Shown one piece after another: positions 60,051 to 64,000 of a DNA stretch of 64,000 nucleotides. A program made the translations under genes and the position numbers. Origin of the DNA: Schizochytrium sp. TIO01. Its lineage: Eukaryota > Protista > Bigyra: Labyrinthulomycetes. The first letter of the stretch is position 1; each line of letters starts with the position of its first letter. The stretch lies in NCBI GenBank assembly GCA_004764695.1, contig SMSO01000035.1, positions 3,050,040-3,114,039 on the forward strand, read 5' to 3'. Below the pieces are notes generated by a model that saw only the letters and a program-made list of their open reading frames with translations, was not told the origin of the DNA and ran no database searches.

Positions 60051-60853
60051 CATTGGATATAAACTCCTAAACACGCCAAAGTGACTTCTCCTTTGATCGT
60101 GTCAAAAATCCTCAAGTTCCTACAATAGAACAGTGTTCGGTCTCGAAGAGTGAACTGACAGAGGGACTTCGACTTTTATAAACCCACGAATAAGTAAATA
60201 AACCCACGAATGAATGAACGCATAATAAATAAACAGCTGTCAAAAAGTAAGTAAGTAAGTAAGTAATCAAGTAGGTAGTGAGTAGAGCAACCTTGAAATA
60301 TCCAAACTGTGTCTCAGAAGACTGGGAAGCAGAAGCTTTTGAGGCAGATCCACTGCGTTCGTGGGCTTCACTCGACTTCCTTTCGTATCCAAGGCTTGTT
60401 CTGCTTGTTTTCCGCTAGCGCAGCTGCGGGAGATCTGCGCGCTTTCCCCTCACCACAGCTGGAACCCCGGCTGCCCCTTAACAGTATGCTACGGGGGCAC
60501 GGTCCAGCAGCGCCTCAAAGTGCTGTGAGGAGGCGGCGTTGGAACTGTGGGTGAGGGGTGGGCTCCCGCAGAGGCACCCGCAGAGGCGCAGAGCGGTCGC
60601 GTTTGGGAGGCGCAGAAAGCTAGGAAGTCCACAAGAACTCCGCAGTGCCGGAGCGCGATTAGGCCACTTGATAGACCGCGACCCAGAGCCTCGTCCCGGG
60701 ATCGAAAATCCGCAGCGGCGACGCAAGATCAGCAAACCCAAAACTCGAAACCAGCAAACCCAAAACAAGCAACACGCACTCACTCAAGCAAGCAAGCAAG
60801 CAAGAAGCGCGACAGCAGTTGTCAGTCAGTCAGTTTACATCAGCAGCAACAAG

Positions 60854-61561
60854 ATGGCTAAAGGATTCCCCGGCGGTGCCCCTCAGGTCCATGCCCAGTC
60901 TGGCCACCCCAATGGCAAGAACATGTCTGGATTTGGCGGCGTGAACAACAGCCTCCCTAGCGCCACTGGCGGCTCCAAGAGCCACGGAAGCCCTCCTGCT
61001 CGTCACATCAACACCGGTGGTGTCAGCAACATGGTTTACCTCGACCAGAAGCCCCAGCTCCGTGATGGATCCCACACCCCGGATTTCAAGACTGAGCTCC
61101 AGACAGCCATTGGCGAGAAGGACATGGGCATGCTCCACGAGCTTCTCTCTGTTGTGACCGACAAGGAGTCCAACGCTCTTTACCAGGTTGTGCTCAACTT
61201 GCTCAAGCAGGGCCAGGTTGAGGAGAACAAGTGCGTCTTCGATGCCCTCCTCGGCTTCAAGACCATCCCGGACTTCTCCAACGAGCAGCTCGCTAACCTT
61301 GTATTCCACATGATCAAGCTCGACCAGGAGGAGCTCGCCGCCCACTTCGTCAAGCACTCAAAGTTCGACAACAAGGGCTTCGCCAAGGCACTCGACAAGG
61401 CCATTACCAACGAGGGTCTCCACAACTCCAAGAAGGGCGACGACCCTCTCATCGAGCAGATTGATCGTTTTGTCGACGAGCACATGCCCGAGGTCGAACT
61501 TGTATACAAGAAGCACATGGAGGACATGGAGATGCAGGAGCGCATCAACATGGCTGAGTAA
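60854..61561 (+). CDS. Hypothetical 235-aa protein with strong codon bias
   Basis: ATG in context CAACAAGATGG. Heavy use of AAG/GAG/CTC/AAC/ATC/TTC codons. Gly/Ser/Pro-rich N-terminus followed by a helical domain. Confidence 0.85.
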   Translation: MAKGFPGGAPQVHAQSGHPNGKNMSGFGGVNNSLPSATGGSKSHGSPPARHINTGGVSNMVYLDQKPQLRDGSHTPDFKTELQTAIGEKDMGMLHELLSVVTDKESNALYQVVLNLLKQGQVEENKCVFDALLGFKTIPDFSNEQLANLVFHMIKLDQEELAAHFVKHSKFDNKGFAKALDKAITNEGLHNSKKGDDPLIEQIDRFVDEHMPEVELVYKKHMEDMEMQERINMAE

Positions 61562-62472
61562 GCTCTCAGTCACGATTGAGTCTCGCGCAACCGGTTCTTC
61601 TCTCTAAAACCCTGCCGACATTTTAGATATTTCTATTCCTTTATATCCTACTACAACTTACCTCAATTACACCGAGCTTTAGCTGGCATTGCACCGGCAA
61701 TGATGTCACATACACCCTCGCCCAAGCGTGCCTCTGTGCCTTAGTAATTGCAACAACTAAGAACAATTTTGATTGATTTTTATGAATTCTCCTTCCACGC
61801 TCTCTTGTAAGCCTTGTCCGCTCCTCGCAAGTCAACCTCAATGTTTATGCCTCTGCTAGATGCGGCTGAACTATTTTATATTGCCGGATCAAATCTGGTC
61901 TACGCGAGTCCTAAAAGTAATATTGCTTGTAGCCCTAGGACTTCAATTCACTTGCGTCTCCCGAGTATTTTATTGTCTTCTCCTTGATTCCAAGATAAGC
62001 TAGCCGGGAGTTTGGAATTATCTCGTTCCTTTCGTATAAAAACTTACCGCCTTCTGTGATTCGTCAACATCATATGAATGTGTTCATTTCCCCCTAGTAC
62101 TGACGTCACAAACCAGACATCAAATGTTCTATTGGTGCTATTTGCACGGCCTTCTATGAGACCTTCGCTTTCTGCACAGCTAACTATCCTTAAATTCGAC
62201 AACCTGAACACTCATGAATTTTATTATACACTACCTGTTCAATGTAATAGTTAGGAAGTACATAAGCTAAATTATAGGATCGTAAATGTTGGCGAAAACA
62301 GAAGGAAAAAGATTTTTCAATAAAAAATGAACAAAGAAAAACGTATCCACACAAACATGCCAAACGAAGTAAAGTAAATCAAAACTGGCAAACGTGCCAG
62401 GCCAACGCTATATCACAGTTCGGCCTGCGTGAGGACTGTGCATCTTGGTGAGCTCTTCGCGAGTCTGCCTTG

Positions 62473-64000
62473 ATGAGTGTTGTTACATCGTCTCCTGGAG
62501 GGGATGCCCTGGCGATGGCTTCGCGCTTCGCAACGGTTGGCATGGTGGCCGCGGTTTACCTGAAAACTGCCTTTGCATCCATCCCAGGAGGCGATAGTGG
62601 AGAGCTTGTCGCGGAATCATGTACACTGGGGCACGCGCATCCTCCGGGATACCCTCTTTTCACAATGCTATACCATGTTGCGATAAAAATTTTGCCGTGG
62701 GATGCGTCTATATCACCTGCCTGGAGAGCGAACGCAACAACGTCAATTCTCGGCGCTTTGACAGCAGGATTGGTACAGAGTTCTATTCTGGAGCTCTTTA
62801 AGATCTATGGTCTTGGCGAAAGCCCTTCCTTGGAGCAGAATCTTCTTGCATCGGGAGTCGCGGCTGCATTTGCACTCTCACCGCTCACGTGGATGTACTC
62901 AACAGGCGCAGAGGTCTTTGCGCTCAACAATTTTCTTGTGGCGGCTCTTGTGGTAGTTTCACTGCAGTACTTTGCAGCCAGATCGGAATCTCTACGACGG
63001 AGATGGATCCATAATGGCGCCTATATGGCCGGCTTGGCGCTTTGTAACCAGCATACCGCTGTACTCTTTGGTGTACCCCTCGTCGCCTGTGTCATCCTTC
63101 ACGAGTTTCGCGAGAAAAGGATTTCTGTATTAACTTTCGTACGCTGGGCATTTCTCTTCGTTCTGAGTTTGCTTCCATACTTGTATCTTCCGTGGACTTT
63201 GCTGACGAACCGCCAACCCGGATCCTGGGGCGACACTACTACTCTAACAGGCTTCATTCATCACCTTCGTCGTGGAGACTATGGTACTTTTCGACTTTTC
63301 AGCAGGAACAAATCAGGCGATATGGGTATGTGGGGTCGTATTGGATTGTACGTCAGCGATTTATGCGCGAATCAAGGCGCGATCGTCCTGCCATTTTTTG
63401 CTCTGCTCGGTGCTGTCATGCTCATGAAACGCTGGTATCAGGTTGCTTTTGTTGGTCCATCCAAGGCTAAATCAACAAGACCCCCTCGTGGATTGTTTAA
63501 GAGGCGACGGGATGGAAAGGACGAGGTAGAAGAACTTGAGGTACGCCCCACTGCTGCAAAAGATTCTGAGCTTCGTCGTGCCCTTGCTGGACCTGCTCTT
63601 GTCGGTGCATTCTTATTCTATATCTTAGTCTTTCACTTTCTTAGTAATATGCCTATGGATCAGGATCTTTTGCGAGGTATACAGGCGCGCTTTTGGATGC
63701 AACCGAATATTGTTGTTTTCATTGTGAGTGCGTTATTCCCAGCATACCATCTTAACAATTTACGATCGCAGGGACATCGATTTCTCGCTATTTTGCTCGG
63801 CGCCACTCTCGCTTGCATTCTGCCCGCGTACCAATATCACATGTACGAAAACGTTTCAGATCAGTCCAACAACTACTACATGGAGAACTATGCAAAGGCT
63901 ATTGTAGCAGGGCTCCCGGCAAATTCAGTGCTAATGGTAGGCTATGACCAACAATGGACGTCTTTGAGATACCTTCAGCAGTGTGAAGGCTTCCGCCCTG
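62473..64000 (+). CDS. TMEM260: TMEM260-family (DUF2723) GT-C protein O-mannosyltransferase, 3'-truncated by the window edge
   Basis: Missed by the ORF track because no stop falls inside the window. Frame +1 reads SIPGGDSGELVAESCTLGHAHPPGYPLF, AWRAN, FALSPLTWMYSTGAEVFALNNF, GLALCNQHT, SWGDTTTLTGFIHHLRRGDYGTFRL, RFWMQPN, all TMEM260 hallmarks. An in-frame TGA at 62449 precedes ATG 62473. An upstream exon cannot be excluded. Confidence 0.92.
   Translation, partial: MSVVTSSPGGDALAMASRFATVGMVAAVYLKTAFASIPGGDSGELVAESCTLGHAHPPGYPLFTMLYHVAIKILPWDASISPAWRANATTSILGALTAGLVQSSILELFKIYGLGESPSLEQNLLASGVAAAFALSPLTWMYSTGAEVFALNNFLVAALVVVSLQYFAARSESLRRRWIHNGAYMAGLALCNQHTAVLFGVPLVACVILHEFREKRISVLTFVRWAFLFVLSLLPYLYLPWTLLTNRQPGSWGDTTTLTGFIHHLRRGDYGTFRLFSRNKSGDMGMWGRIGLYVSDLCANQGAIVLPFFALLGAVMLMKRWYQVAFVGPSKAKSTRPPRGLFKRRRDGKDEVEELEVRPTAAKDSELRRALAGPALVGAFLFYILVFHFLSNMPMDQDLLRGIQARFWMQPNIVVFIVSALFPAYHLNNLRSQGHRFLAILLGATLACILPAYQYHMYENVSDQSNNYYMENYAKAIVAGLPANSVLMVGYDQQWTSLRYLQQCEGFRP

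Noticed and set aside
60539-60853. N-terminal 105-aa extension of the 340-aa ORF in the track
   Set aside because: Starts at a non-ATG codon, crosses microsatellite-like leader sequence and lacks the codon bias. ATG 60854 is preferred.

Overview
This is eukaryotic nuclear DNA with mostly intronless genes, one 4-exon gene with GT-AG introns, and many tetranucleotide microsatellites. The style tentatively suggests a thraustochytrid/labyrinthulomycete stramenopile (inference only). Nine protein-coding genes are supportable: (1) a RING-HC E3 ligase with SIM-like motifs, (2) a 2395-aa KDM6/UTX-like JmjC protein, (3) a rhomboid protease, (4) prefoldin subunit 5, (5) a TTL-like ligase, (6) a ubiquitin-like/p25alpha-like/PH multidomain protein, (7) a large alpha-helical ARM/HEAT-like protein, (8) a codon-biased orphan and (9) a TMEM260-type O-mannosyltransferase that runs off the right edge. 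The most striking object is the JmjC protein. All three Fe(II) ligands appear to be substituted, so it looks like a pseudo-demethylase. Two of its zinc fingers appear split by insertions of about 360 and about 590 aa, and the larger insertion carries a KOW/Tudor-like module. Upstream of it is a ~25-kb region without long ORFs, with AT-rich islands roughly every 3 kb and several decayed coding-like patches. No rRNA, tRNA, CRISPR array or intact mobile element was recognised. All family assignments come from motifs recalled by eye, not from database searches.
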